The translations under genes and the position numbers were made by a program. DNA of 57,721 nt, counting the filler, from an uncultured bacterium (lineage in GTDB: Bacteria; Latescibacterota; UBA2968), in NCBI GenBank assembly GCA_964471275.1. It is 2 parts of 2 records of this genome, joined end to end, with 100 filler letters (N's around TTAATTAATTAA, not from the genome) between each part and the next. Parts side by side here need not be neighbours in the genome. Positions count along the whole stretch, not along the records: positions 1 to 29,027 come from CAYYGZ010000025.1; positions 29,128 to 57,721 come from CAYYGZ010000026.1. One strand, written 5' to 3'. The notes under the pieces are model-generated. The model searched no databases, was not told where the DNA came from, and saw only the letters and a list, made by a program, of their open reading frames with translations. This document shows, piece by piece, positions 28,586-38,888 of this stretch; position 1 is the first letter of the stretch, and every line of letters starts with the position of its first letter.

Positions 28586-29026
28586 CTAGCTCCTATCGTT
28601 GGCTGCAGCATCAGCTGCCGGGGCCGGAGCAGGGCCTCGCCTGCCACCCCGGCGACCGCGGGGCTTATTGTGACCCCCGCGGCGACCAGGTGGAGGGCGC
28701 TTGACCGTTGAAGGATCGACACCGAACTCACCCAGCTTTGCCTCGAAAGCCGCCCGGACATCCTCTCTCGAGGCGCCTGATTCCTTGAGACCGTCGATCT
28801 CTGCACGGAGATCTGCTAGCTGATCCTCACTCAGCACGGAGCTGAGCTTGTCCCGTCGTGCCGGCATATCCACGCCATAGCCCTCGAGCAGTGATCCCAC
28901 CGCTGCGTCAATGTCCGACCGGGATGCCTCGGCCGCCCGCAGCGTCTCGACTGCGGCCTTTACCTCTTCACGCTGTGCTTCCGTCAGCTGTGACCGGATG
29001 CCACGTCTTCCGAACCGATGGGCTCG
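28586..29026 (-). CDS. Partial CDS (5' end lost in gap): helical repeat protein with Gly/Arg-rich tail
   Basis: Frame open to the N-run; two similar units QLTEAQREEV...ASRSDI...YGVD and VLSEDQLADL...ASREDV...FGVD. Confidence 0.7.
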   Translation of the reverse strand, partial: RAHRFGRRGIRSQLTEAQREEVKAAVETLRAAEASRSDIDAAVGSLLEGYGVDMPARRDKLSSVLSEDQLADLRAEIDGLKESGASREDVRAAFEAKLGEFGVDPSTVKRPPPGRRGGHNKPRGRRGGRRGPAPAPAADAAANDRS

Positions 29027-29027
29027 G

Positions 29028-29127
29028 NNNNNNNNNNNNNNNNNNNNNNNNNNNNNNNNNNNNNNNNNNNNTTAATTAATTAANNNNNNNNNNNNNNNNN
29101 NNNNNNNNNNNNNNNNNNNNNNNNNNN
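29028..29127. other. Artificial contig-joining spacer
   Basis: 44 N + TTAATTAATTAA (stops in all six frames) + 44 N = 100 nt. Confidence 0.95.
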
Positions 29128-29293
29128 GAACAATCGTGAGCCGCGTCGCGATAGCCCCTCTGAACCCGAAAAGGAATGTCCCCGGCGCGAATCGTACAAA
29201 CACGTGCGTGCGTGCAATGACCTTGATCCGACGTGAGGGAACATCCGACTTCAACGAATCTGAACTGTAAACACCATTCTGAATCAGTACAGC

Positions 29294-31081
29294 CTAAACT
29301 CTGTAGTGAACCACACCCTTTGGAAGTTCCGCCTGATTCAACGGGCAGTTCGTCGGACATCCGCGTTCGCACGGCGCATCCGCATCGAGTCGCTCCCAAA
29401 CTGCGGTCAACACCCGGTAGAGCGACCGATGGAAATACTCTTCTCCGAGCTCCTCGATAAACCCTGTCCGATCCAGTGACGCACGTACCTGTTGCTTGAT
29501 CCTCGTGAAATAGGTTTCCACACCGGCTTCTTCTAACCCGTGCACCACGTGGATCAGCATCTCCTCCCCAGTTGCATCGATATGGTTGATCCCTTCAGCG
29601 TCGACCACGAGATACTTCAACTCGGGCATCTTGGAGACACGTTCGAGAATCTTGTCCTCGAAGTATCCCGCACTCCCGAAGTAGAGAGAGCCATCAAAAC
29701 GGATCAGGGAAATGTGATCACAGCTCTGCAGATTGTGAGACTCGGCATCTCGGAACGTACCGTCGGGATGTCGGGAAAGCGAGACGACCCTCGGCATCAT
29801 CGTGCGGTAGAGATAGGCAAACAGGGAAAGCCCGACACCGATCAGGATACCGAGATCGAGATGCGGCGCAAACGACAGGGCCAGAATGAACGTCGCGACC
29901 GCAACCACACCATCGTGCTTCTGAACACGCCATGCTCGGACAATCGGATCGATCTGGATCAACCCGGCGACGGCCATCATGATGATCGCAGCCAGGGTCG
30001 CCAGAGGAAGATGATAGAAGAGCGGCGTCAGCCACAAGAGTGTCACCATCACCAGACAACCGGCGATCACGGATGAGAATCCTGTCCTCGCACCAGACCG
30101 GAAATTCAGTGCAGATCGAACGAACGAACCGGAAATCGGCATGCTCTGAAACACACTGCCCACCAGGTTCGCAAGCCCCTGACCCAGCAATTCTCGGTTG
30201 GCGTCGATCCGCTGCTTGCTCTGCGTTGCGATCGCCTTGGCGATCGAGATCGTCTCAACAAACGCGATAAAAGCGATCGTCGCGGCAGCAGTAAACAGTT
30301 TGGCGAAGAGGCCAAGACTGATATCCGGGAACACAAACGAAGGCATTCCTTCAGGAATACGGCCAACGACACTTCCACCCAATTCGGCTTCGAAATCCGT
30401 ATACCAGGACAGCGTGGTTGTCAGGATCACGGCAACCAGCACCCAGGGCGACCGGGGTTTCCACCGCTTGAGGAAAATCATCACTGTAAATGCCAGGACA
30501 GCGATCCCGATCGTCGGAAGGTGAGGCGACAGATACGATTCTGAGAGCATCTGCCAGACACGCATAAAGTGAGATCCGCCAGGCGCCACCTCGACACCAA
30601 AAAGCATATCGATTTGCGACGTACCGATAATCACGGCTGCCGCATTCGTGAAACCGAGCACGACCGGGTGCGACAGAAAGTTCACCAGAACACCCAATCG
30701 AACTGCACCGAGAACGACCTGGATGATCCCGACCATCAGCGTCAGGACAACGGCATAGGCGACGTGCTCCGCCGACCCCGGCACTGCAAAGGGCTGCAGC
30801 GCGGCAGCGGTCATCAACGAGACGAGAGCGACTGAACCGCTTGTCAGATGTCGTGAGGAGCCAAAGAGGGCGGCAATGATGGGGGGCAGAAATGCTGCAT
30901 ACAGCCCATAGTATGGAGGAAGGCTCGCGAGCTGGGCGTGCGCCATGGCCTGTGGGATCAGGACCATGGTCACCGTTATACCGGCCAGTAGGTCCGCGCG
31001 CCGGACCTTGGAATCCTTGAGCTCTCCGATCCAAGTCGTAAACGGCAACAGCTGAAGAGCCTTTACGTCCGATAACTTCAC
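29294..31081 (-). CDS. SulP family anion transporter with STAS domain
   Basis: DLLAGITV...IPQAMA, GLYAAF, FGSSRHL, NRELLGQG, GSFVRS, RFDGSLYF, IDATG. Confidence 0.93.
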   Translation of the reverse strand: MKLSDVKALQLLPFTTWIGELKDSKVRRADLLAGITVTMVLIPQAMAHAQLASLPPYYGLYAAFLPPIIAALFGSSRHLTSGSVALVSLMTAAALQPFAVPGSAEHVAYAVVLTLMVGIIQVVLGAVRLGVLVNFLSHPVVLGFTNAAAVIIGTSQIDMLFGVEVAPGGSHFMRVWQMLSESYLSPHLPTIGIAVLAFTVMIFLKRWKPRSPWVLVAVILTTTLSWYTDFEAELGGSVVGRIPEGMPSFVFPDISLGLFAKLFTAAATIAFIAFVETISIAKAIATQSKQRIDANRELLGQGLANLVGSVFQSMPISGSFVRSALNFRSGARTGFSSVIAGCLVMVTLLWLTPLFYHLPLATLAAIIMMAVAGLIQIDPIVRAWRVQKHDGVVAVATFILALSFAPHLDLGILIGVGLSLFAYLYRTMMPRVVSLSRHPDGTFRDAESHNLQSCDHISLIRFDGSLYFGSAGYFEDKILERVSKMPELKYLVVDAEGINHIDATGEEMLIHVVHGLEEAGVETYFTRIKQQVRASLDRTGFIEELGEEYFHRSLYRVLTAVWERLDADAPCERGCPTNCPLNQAELPKGVVHYRV

Positions 31082-31346
31082 AGAAGCCCCTTGGTGGATT
31101 GGCGGGGATACACGTGGTCTTGCAGCGGATCAGACGGCCTCACACCCGCTGAATCATAATCCTCATCCTGACCTGTCATGTCAAGCCAAATGACGCGTAA
31201 TTACGTGTATACGAAAGAGTTGCGTCACGGCTCTGGAGGTCTATTCCTGTTGCTTTCGTAGGATTTTTTTCCAATATTCAGAAACCTGCCCCACACCTCC
31301 CCGGAGACTCGTTTCCAATTCAATCAGGACATTCAGGAAGGCCCGT

Positions 31347-32882
31347 ATGCGACATCTGTGCCGCTGCATCACCACGACAGGAACTGCACTCGCAGCCCTG
31401 ATCATCCTATCACCCGTTGCACTCTCCGCCCAGGAAACAGCTGCCTCAGGCGGCTGGATTCAGTCCCAGATCGACTACCTCAACGAAATCCTGGGCGAAA
31501 CGGTCGGTTTGATCTTCGCCTTCCTTTTCTACGACTTTGGCACGGGATTCCCCCTGATCATCGCCGTTCTCGTTACCGGGGGCGTCTACTACACATTCTT
31601 CTTCGGATGGCTGTCCATTCGCGGGTTTACACACGCGATCGACATCATCCGTGGCCGGTACGACAACCCGGACGATCCCGGCGAAATCTCGCATTTTCAG
31701 GCCCTGACCAGCGCTCTGTCCGCAACGGTCGGTCTCGGAAACATCGGCGGCGTTGCAATCGCCGTCGGAACGGGTGGGCCCGGTGCGGTGTTCTGGATGG
31801 TCCTCACCGCACTCTTCGGGATGTCCGCCAAGCTGGCCTCGTGCACCCTCGCCGTAATGTATCGCAACGTACGCGAGGATGGCCACGTATCCGGTGGACC
31901 GATGTACTACCTCGAACACGGTCTCGCCCGTAAGGGCCTGCGACCCCTCGGACGTACGCTCGCAGTTGTCTACGCGCTCCTTGTGATCGGGGGGTCGTTT
32001 GGTGGCGGGAACATGTTCCAGGCCAACCAGACCATCGAGGTGCTAAGCACCGTATCACCCCAGGTCAAGTCACTCAGCTGGCTGATTGGACTCGTCCTGG
32101 CAGTGTCGGTTGCAGTCGTCATCATCGGGGGAATCCGGAGAATCGGCAGTGTGACCTCACGGCTGGTGCCGAGCATGTGCATCCTATACGTCGTCACGGC
32201 TCTAGCGATCATCTTCTCAAACGCAACCGAGATTCCAGCCCTCCTCACACGAATCGTTTCCGAGGCCTTCACTGGACCCGCGATTTATGGCGGGTTTCTG
32301 GGTGTCCTGATAATGGGCGTCAGACGCGCTGCTTTTTCGAACGAAGCAGGTCTCGGATCTGCAGCATTCGCACACGCAGCTGCCAAGACAGATGAGCCGG
32401 CACGTGAGGGCATCGTAGCCATGATCGGGCCCTTCATCGATACCATCGTTATCTGTCTGATGACGGCGCTTGTCTGTATGATCACAGGCGTGTTCGAAGA
32501 TCCTGAGTTGAAGGACAAGGGCGTCGCTATGACCGCCGCTGCCTTCGAATCCTTCATCCCTGGCGCACGCTACGTCCTCTCGATCGCCGTCGTTCTCTTC
32601 GCATATTCTACTATGATCTCCTGGTCTTACTATGGTGAGCGTGCGTGGGAGTATCTGTTCGGAGACGGCTCGACACTGCTTTATCGCGCCATCTTTGTCT
32701 GCTTCGTCTTCATTGGGTCGGTCACGGCACTCAAGAACGTCCTCGACTTCTCTGACGCGATGATCCTGGGAATGGCATTTCCGAACATTCTTGGTGGCGT
32801 CTTGTTGAGCCCCCAGATCAAGGAAGTCCTGAACGATTACTGGAGCAGATACAAAGCGGGAAGCTTCAAAGTCTACAAATGA
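31347..32882 (+). CDS. Alanine/glycine:cation symporter (AGCS) family transporter
   Basis: HFQALTSALSATVGLGNI, GGPGAVFWM, GGPMYY, FSNEAGLGS, PFIDT, FAYST. Confidence 0.93.
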   Translation: MRHLCRCITTTGTALAALIILSPVALSAQETAASGGWIQSQIDYLNEILGETVGLIFAFLFYDFGTGFPLIIAVLVTGGVYYTFFFGWLSIRGFTHAIDIIRGRYDNPDDPGEISHFQALTSALSATVGLGNIGGVAIAVGTGGPGAVFWMVLTALFGMSAKLASCTLAVMYRNVREDGHVSGGPMYYLEHGLARKGLRPLGRTLAVVYALLVIGGSFGGGNMFQANQTIEVLSTVSPQVKSLSWLIGLVLAVSVAVVIIGGIRRIGSVTSRLVPSMCILYVVTALAIIFSNATEIPALLTRIVSEAFTGPAIYGGFLGVLIMGVRRAAFSNEAGLGSAAFAHAAAKTDEPAREGIVAMIGPFIDTIVICLMTALVCMITGVFEDPELKDKGVAMTAAAFESFIPGARYVLSIAVVLFAYSTMISWSYYGERAWEYLFGDGSTLLYRAIFVCFVFIGSVTALKNVLDFSDAMILGMAFPNILGGVLLSPQIKEVLNDYWSRYKAGSFKVYK

Positions 32883-32914
32883 GCAGATCGTAGTTAGCGG
32901 GACAGCACTGGCAA

Positions 32915-34074
32915 TCAATCGGCCTGGCGTGTCCTCACCTGGCAGGCATACAGGACACCCATCGTCAGGTCCTCAGGTATCGGAATCGTAGGCATATCCG
33001 TTATCACGCCCTTATTTACTCTTGGCCCGTTCCCATCTATGTCATAGAACTGACATCTGTATGAGCGGGTCAGGGCCGCCTCCAGACCCCCATCCACGGC
33101 CAGATCACTGAACAGGAGGTTCTCTCCCGCGATCCGAAACCTGTCAATCGGGTTGGAACGTGCAAACCAGTAGCCATCCCGATTGGTGCAATGCTCGAAG
33201 GCTACATTCGGGTAGTTCGTCACCCAAGACCCGGGGTTGAAGACCTCGCTCTCCAGGTAGCCGATCTCCAGATGTTCCATCGGTAGTGCGGTCTCAGAAA
33301 CCCTACGATACAGCCCGCCACCCAGAAGCGAACGCCCAACCTCACCCAGGTCGACCATATACTCATTCTCCGACTTCGGACTTCGAGGCGCCGTTGTGCT
33401 GCTCCTGAGACTCGCGCCCTGATCGATCAGATAGTGTTTAACATAGCCTCGACTATCTCGTTCACGGATGTACATATTCAGCGTATTCGCCTCGCCGCCG
33501 ATCTCCATCGTTTCGAACTGCACGTGTGCCGCAACGTTTTGCGGAACATTGTATCCGGCGGCGTGCAGAATTCTTGTTGAAATGACTTCAGCCGACGTGG
33601 CGAGTTTAGGTCCATCCTTCCCGTCGAATTTCAGGTAGAACACCGATCCCGATACATCCCGAACAGTAAAGCCCGGCACCTTCCCCTCAAACTTCCCCGC
33701 GATGATTGTCAGAGGCCGATTGTGACAGGCCCGTCTTCATCTGGACCGATCGCCAGCATCTCGTGCGACATCCGGGTGATGAAGTGTCGATTGGTAAACC
33801 ACGAGGAGTTAACAGCTTCATCCAGCGAATTGACATTGTCCGCCTGTCGCTTGGGCAATCCGACCTTTACACCCAGGTAGCGGTCGGAGTATGCCAGGTC
33901 AAACCATTGTCCAACCTTGTGGAAGAGGGTATGGTCGATCACGTCCCACACGGCGTTTTCATCTGCGGTGCGTGGACGCGGGATAGGACGGTTGTCCGGA
34001 TCCGCCCACTTGACGGGTTCGGTTGTGTGTCTGGGTGTACTGATGCCCCCAGGAAGGAAGACACTCAGTAACAC
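32915..34074 (-). pseudogene. Frameshifted, apparently internally deleted gene for a secreted kinase-like-fold hypothetical protein
   Basis: 33709-34074 (NSLDEAVNSSWFTNR...GPD) continues after a frameshift near 33715-33725 as PLTIIAGKFEGKVPGFTVRD...YLKFD...AEVISTRILHAAGYNVP...HYLIDQGASL. Confidence 0.65.
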
Positions 34075-34286
34075 AAGAAGGAATCACGGAGCCGGGGAAT
34101 CGTTACGTGACCAACGTCGGTGCAGCCTGTCCTTATCTGCTTCCCTAAGGCTTCCAGCAGCGCACCCAGTCAGTTTTAGCTTGCGAGGTCACGACTTATG
34201 CACCCTCTCGTTGATTTCCTCAATGGGTGCAGGTTGCGAGTAGTGTCCGGTTACACGACCCCAAGCATCTGAACGAAGGAGAATCG

Positions 34287-34656
34287 ATGCCATACAGGAT
34301 GGCCTGGGAATCACGTGGGGTACCACATACAATTCCAGGACCACGTCACCGGCGATGAAACCAAACGGGCAGGAGACGACATATACGGTCACAAGGGTTT
34401 TGATCGATTGAGCTATCAGATCTTCGATTTTATCGAAGCGACTGACTTCACGATCACACTCAGCGAAGTTAAAGAGATCGGGGCTATCGATCTGGTGGCG
34501 GCACAGACAAATCCGAAAATCCGCCAGACTGTCATCTCCAATTCAGAAACCATCGACGTCGCCTTGGGATTCTACGCAGCCAACCAGCCTGATCTGCCTT
34601 GGGCAACAGAGGGATTCGAGACGCTCAGCGAAGCAAGGGAGTGGGTTGAGACGTAG
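34287..34656 (+). pseudogene. Small hypothetical (SpoIIAA/STAS-like) gene with a +1 frameshift
   Basis: AAGGAG-ATG 34287 gives MPYRMAWESRGV, then +1 shift near 34321-34323 into the 34315 ORF (HIQFQDHVTGDE...FETLSEAREWV). Confidence 0.6.
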
Positions 34657-34739
34657 CCGAGCCAGCTCCCGGCAGAAAGGATGGTCAAACTGGCAGCCGG
34701 GGTATTTCCGCAAAGCGCCGCGGAGTTACGCAAATCCTC

Positions 34740-35170
34740 TCAGCCTCCGAAAGCCGCGCTGAATGTGAGGAAATCGCTGAAGTCGATGACACCGCTGGAA
34801 TCGAAATCGGCGATCTGACTGTAGGCCGCCTCCCCCGTGCGGGCACCGAAAGCTTGCGCGAAGGCAAGAAAATCCGTGAAATCGACATCAGCATCACCAT
34901 CCAGGTCGCCCGTTTTCGCGACGGGTGAGGATATCCGCAGCCGGCCCGGCTGGACAACCAGACCGTTCGGTCCCTGAAGTGGCTGTGTCGAATACCAGCT
35001 ACCGAGAGACCCCGTCAGAACCAGGTCACCGGAAGAGATCGTTCCTCCGGCGGAGGAAAAGCCACCTCCGATCAGGGACGATTGCTGCGCCCACACGACA
35101 AGGCCGGCAACCGTCACCACGATGACAACCAGCAGTGCCCTCATCCTGAAGCGTGGCAGCCCCATCTTCA
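34740..35170 (-). CDS. Small secreted protein with dockerin-like duplicated EF-hand domain
   Basis: Signal peptide (VVWA|Q); GDLDGDADVDFTDFL and ADFDSSGVIDFSDFL; SD AGAAGG before ATG 35170. Confidence 0.75.
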
Positions 35171-35227
35171 TCGATGCCTTCTCCTGAGTTCTTGACGCCA
35201 CTTGTCTCACAACGGGGTACAGACAGA

Positions 35228-38065
35228 TTACTTCTTGCCCAACTCCTTCCGTAGTTCCCTGATCGACTGCTCGAGAGAATTCATCTCCCTACCGGCCTCC
35301 GTCCAGTCCCAGAGCTGGAGCGCCTTCCTCACGTTCTCGTAGTGCTTTTCTGCATTCGCGGCCATATCTGCTGCCGATTTCACTTCTCCCGAGTTGCCAA
35401 CGATCTGAGGCTGGTCTGATGGGCTTGAATCTCCTGCAAGAGGGCGATCTCCGACACCAAACAATTCGGTAAGCGCCTCCTCGAACGTATCCCGCATCAC
35501 GACTTGGCCCCCGAACGCGACGATCACCTGCTTCAACTCCGGAATCGCCGTACTCTCCCGGGTCGGTCCCTGCGGTCGCTGCTGCCGGCGCTGTCCGGGC
35601 TCATCGTCATCCTCGGTCCCGCCGCCCTGAAACTGCTGGGGCTGGTCGAGTTCCTGCCGCGCTTGCAGATAAATCGGCTCGACATACATGAATGAGCTTT
35701 CAATCGGAATTGCCAGCAGGTTGCCCCGGATCACTTCCGACCCACGTTGTCCCCACAAAGTCAGTTGGCTCGAGATCTCCGGCTGCTGATCGATGCGGGC
35801 TTCCAGCTGCATCGGTCCGAATATCAATTTGTCTTTCGGCAGCTTGTAGACCACGAGATCACCGTAGCCTTCACCATCGCAGCGGGCGGCCAGCCAGCCG
35901 ATCATGTTGTCCTTCTTGGCCGGCGTATAAGGAACCATCAGCAGGAATTCCTCCCGTTCCTCTTCGGGCAACTTCGTGATGATATAGTAAGGTTCCATCC
36001 GCTGCGGACGATCGCTGTAGATCTCGTTCGGGATCTCCCAGAGATCCTCCTGGTTGTAGAACACGTTCACATCCTGCATGTGATACGTGCGATACATAAA
36101 AGCCTGAACGCGGAACAGATCCACCGGATACCGCACGTGTGCACGAAGATCCTCAGGCAACTCCGAGATATCCTTCAGCAGACTCGGGAAGATTTCACGA
36201 TAGGCGTTGATCACCGGATCTTCCGAATCGGCCTGGTAGAACGTGAGATCGCCGTGATACGCGTCCACCACGACCTTGACCGAATTTCGGATGTAGTTGA
36301 TTGCGCTCCGGCCGCCCGAGCGTGTCGAGTATGGATACATGTCCGTTGTCGTATACGCATCCAGGATCCAGAAGAGCCGACCCTCGCTCACAACCAGATA
36401 CGGGTCACTGTCGAAATGCAGAAAGGGCGCCACTTTCCGTGTGCGCTCGACGATCTGGCGATGATACATCAAACGGCTCTCACGCTTGATGTAGTTACTC
36501 AAGAGAATGTTGATATCCAGAAATTTGACCGTAAACGCGAGGCGGTTGAAGAGGCTGCCGATCTCGACACCACCGTCTCCCGCATAGGTCGTCTGCTTGT
36601 TCTCGTCACCGCTCGGGTAATCGAACTCGGGCGTTCCCGTCTTCACAGCGACCATCCCGTAGGTCATCTCACCGTAATAGATCTCCGGTCGATCCACCTG
36701 CAGATCCGAGACACCCTCTGGCGGAATATCCCGGATAAAGAACTCGGGCAATCCCTCGGACGACACGCGGTTCACCGGGCTCATCGCCACACCATACCCG
36801 TGTGTGTATTGAAGCCGCTCGTTCACCCACGCGCGAGCCTGCTGAGGTAAACGCCGCGTATCCATCTCACGCCCCGACAACATCACCTGGCGGTAGACAC
36901 CATCAATCGTATAGCGATCGACGTCGACACCGTTGAACACGTAGTACGGCCTGATCTCTTGCACCTGCTGATACGTCTGCGCCATCGGGCGCTCGTCCCA
37001 GATACGCACATTTCGGATGGTCAGTGCGTTCGCTTCGATATCCGACCGGGTCAACGTCTCTTCAGCCTGGAAGGGACGTTCGTCGATACGGTCCAACCCG
37101 TAGGCTTCCCGTGTCGCCGTGATGTTGTGCTCGATATACGGTGTTTCGAGTGTCAGCTCGGTCGGATCGACGAAAAGTTTCTGTACGATCGTCGAAGGAA
37201 CAGACCCAACGACCACAGCACCACCGATCAGGATACCCAGTCCGATCAGCGGATAGCGGGCCTCTCGACGAGTGATATTCAGGAAGAACAGAATCGATGC
37301 GGCGATAAACAAGATGACAAGGAACCAGTAGGCCCAGATCTGAACGTTGACATCAACATAATTCGCACCGGTGAAAATGCGGCCGCGCGACGTCAACAGT
37401 CCATAGACCTTGAGGCGGTAGTTCCAGGCGACGAGAAGCAGAAAGATGCCGCCCAGGGCCGAGAAATGGGCCATCGGACGGGGCATCAGTTGGAGACGCT
37501 CCTGGATGCGGATGCCGCCACTCGCGACATACGTCAGACCGCAGACAATCGCCGAAACCACGAGCCCGCCGATCAGAAAGTTGACCAGGAACCGGTAGAA
37601 CGGCAGAGTGAAGACATAGAAGCCGACGTCGTTCCCGAAGATCGGATCTACGGTCCCGAACGACTGCGCGTGCAGATACCGCCAGACAACCGGCCACTGA
37701 CTCGCACCGATACTGCCCATCACGAAAATCAGCGCGGCACCGGCGAAGAAGTATCCCCGCCTTGAACGGAGCAGACCTTCACCGGGAATCTGCCCTTCTT
37801 CGAACGGAGAACCCTCGACTTCGAGTGCGTGACGGGTGAATTTCCCCGCGAAGTAGAGGTTGATGCCGACGATCAACGCAGCGAGGGCGCCGAAAAAGAC
37901 GCCTGATGAAAACCGAGCCTGGACAGATTTCCAGAACACGCCATCATAAGACGTCGCCTTGAACCAGAGCCAGTCCGTGTAGTATGAGACCAGCCAGCCC
38001 AGCGCGATAACCGCACCAAACAGCACCAGCAGGATCCACAATCGATTCGGCTGTTTCTCTTCCAT
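35228..38065 (-). CDS. UPF0182 family membrane protein
   Basis: YTDWLWF, DPIFGNDVGFYVFTLP, GANYVDV, NVRIWD, YTHGYG, NYIRNSVK, RYPVDLF, VIRGNL. Confidence 0.95.
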   Translation of the reverse strand: MEEKQPNRLWILLVLFGAVIALGWLVSYYTDWLWFKATSYDGVFWKSVQARFSSGVFFGALAALIVGINLYFAGKFTRHALEVEGSPFEEGQIPGEGLLRSRRGYFFAGAALIFVMGSIGASQWPVVWRYLHAQSFGTVDPIFGNDVGFYVFTLPFYRFLVNFLIGGLVVSAIVCGLTYVASGGIRIQERLQLMPRPMAHFSALGGIFLLLVAWNYRLKVYGLLTSRGRIFTGANYVDVNVQIWAYWFLVILFIAASILFFLNITRREARYPLIGLGILIGGAVVVGSVPSTIVQKLFVDPTELTLETPYIEHNITATREAYGLDRIDERPFQAEETLTRSDIEANALTIRNVRIWDERPMAQTYQQVQEIRPYYVFNGVDVDRYTIDGVYRQVMLSGREMDTRRLPQQARAWVNERLQYTHGYGVAMSPVNRVSSEGLPEFFIRDIPPEGVSDLQVDRPEIYYGEMTYGMVAVKTGTPEFDYPSGDENKQTTYAGDGGVEIGSLFNRLAFTVKFLDINILLSNYIKRESRLMYHRQIVERTRKVAPFLHFDSDPYLVVSEGRLFWILDAYTTTDMYPYSTRSGGRSAINYIRNSVKVVVDAYHGDLTFYQADSEDPVINAYREIFPSLLKDISELPEDLRAHVRYPVDLFRVQAFMYRTYHMQDVNVFYNQEDLWEIPNEIYSDRPQRMEPYYIITKLPEEEREEFLLMVPYTPAKKDNMIGWLAARCDGEGYGDLVVYKLPKDKLIFGPMQLEARIDQQPEISSQLTLWGQRGSEVIRGNLLAIPIESSFMYVEPIYLQARQELDQPQQFQGGGTEDDDEPGQRRQQRPQGPTRESTAIPELKQVIVAFGGQVVMRDTFEEALTELFGVGDRPLAGDSSPSDQPQIVGNSGEVKSAADMAANAEKHYENVRKALQLWDWTEAGREMNSLEQSIRELRKELGKK

Positions 38066-38248
38066 TACCGTCTCCTGAATGTCTAGAAGTTGTTGCTTTC
38101 AAATCATTTACGGCGAGCTTTTAAGTAAACACATTTCCAGATCCCTGTCACCGATTTTCGCAAACCAGAGCCCCATCGCCCAGCCGGGACAGCCTGACTG
38201 CACTTGATTCCCCAACTAATCGTGCAGGAATCGTTATCACCCACCGAT

Positions 38249-38283
38249 TTTCATTTGTCATTTGCCACTTGTCACTTGTCATT
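38249..38283. repeat. Five-unit degenerate heptanucleotide tandem repeat
   Basis: TTTCATT TGTCATT TGCCACT TGTCACT TGTCATT. Confidence 0.75.
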
Positions 38284-38289
38284 GCCCCT

Positions 38290-38748
38290 ATGGATATCCA
38301 CCCACTCATCGTCCACTTCCCGATCGTCTGCATTATCCTCTCTTCTGTCTTCGACTGGGTTGCTCGGACGAACCGTTTCGCGTACTTCGAGAGGGCCGGC
38401 TATGCACTCCTGGTTATGGGTGCGGTTTCCGCCATTCCGACCGCATACACCGGGGAGACGGCCGCAGAAACTGCGCAGGATGTGCCTCGAATCACGCAAT
38501 CGCTGGATGATCACAAGGATCTGTCGACTCTTACCCTCTGGTCGGCACTGCTGCTCGCCCTGGTACGGATCCATCTTGTCTCCCGAGGACGGTATGGGGG
38601 TGCCCGACGACTCGCCCACACCGTTCTGGTCACGGCCTGCGCAATACTGGTCTCCTGCAGCGCCTACACGGGAGGCCGTCTGGTTTACGAGTATGGGGCG
38701 GGGACCAGACCTGTTCAGCACGCGATTCCTGATCCACACAGTCAGTAG
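38290..38748 (+). CDS. DUF2231-like membrane protein
   Basis: HPLIVHFPI motif, about four TM segments, GGRLVYEYG; start moved to ATG 38290. Confidence 0.85.
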   Translation: MDIHPLIVHFPIVCIILSSVFDWVARTNRFAYFERAGYALLVMGAVSAIPTAYTGETAAETAQDVPRITQSLDDHKDLSTLTLWSALLLALVRIHLVSRGRYGGARRLAHTVLVTACAILVSCSAYTGGRLVYEYGAGTRPVQHAIPDPHSQ

Positions 38749-38888
38749 CCCCCCCGTGACATCCGACGCGACAGAGAACGAGGTGAGAGCAACCGGTCGG
38801 TCGTGCGATCTCGCGGACATAGAAATCCACCGATGAAACGGGGTCCGGCCTGAAGTTTATGTCTCGAAAACAGGAGCGATAGGAAGGT

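Noticed and set aside
31082..31346. Glycine riboswitch upstream of the AGCS transporter
   Set aside because: Could not identify the conserved aptamer elements (GGAGA...CCGAAG...CTCTCAGG) in order
35747..37765. Long antisense ORFs (e.g. 35747-36850, 36959-37765; also 11230-12132, 43552-44472, 47037-48143)
   Set aside because: Shadow frames opposite well-supported genes in GC-rich DNA, with no recognisable motifs
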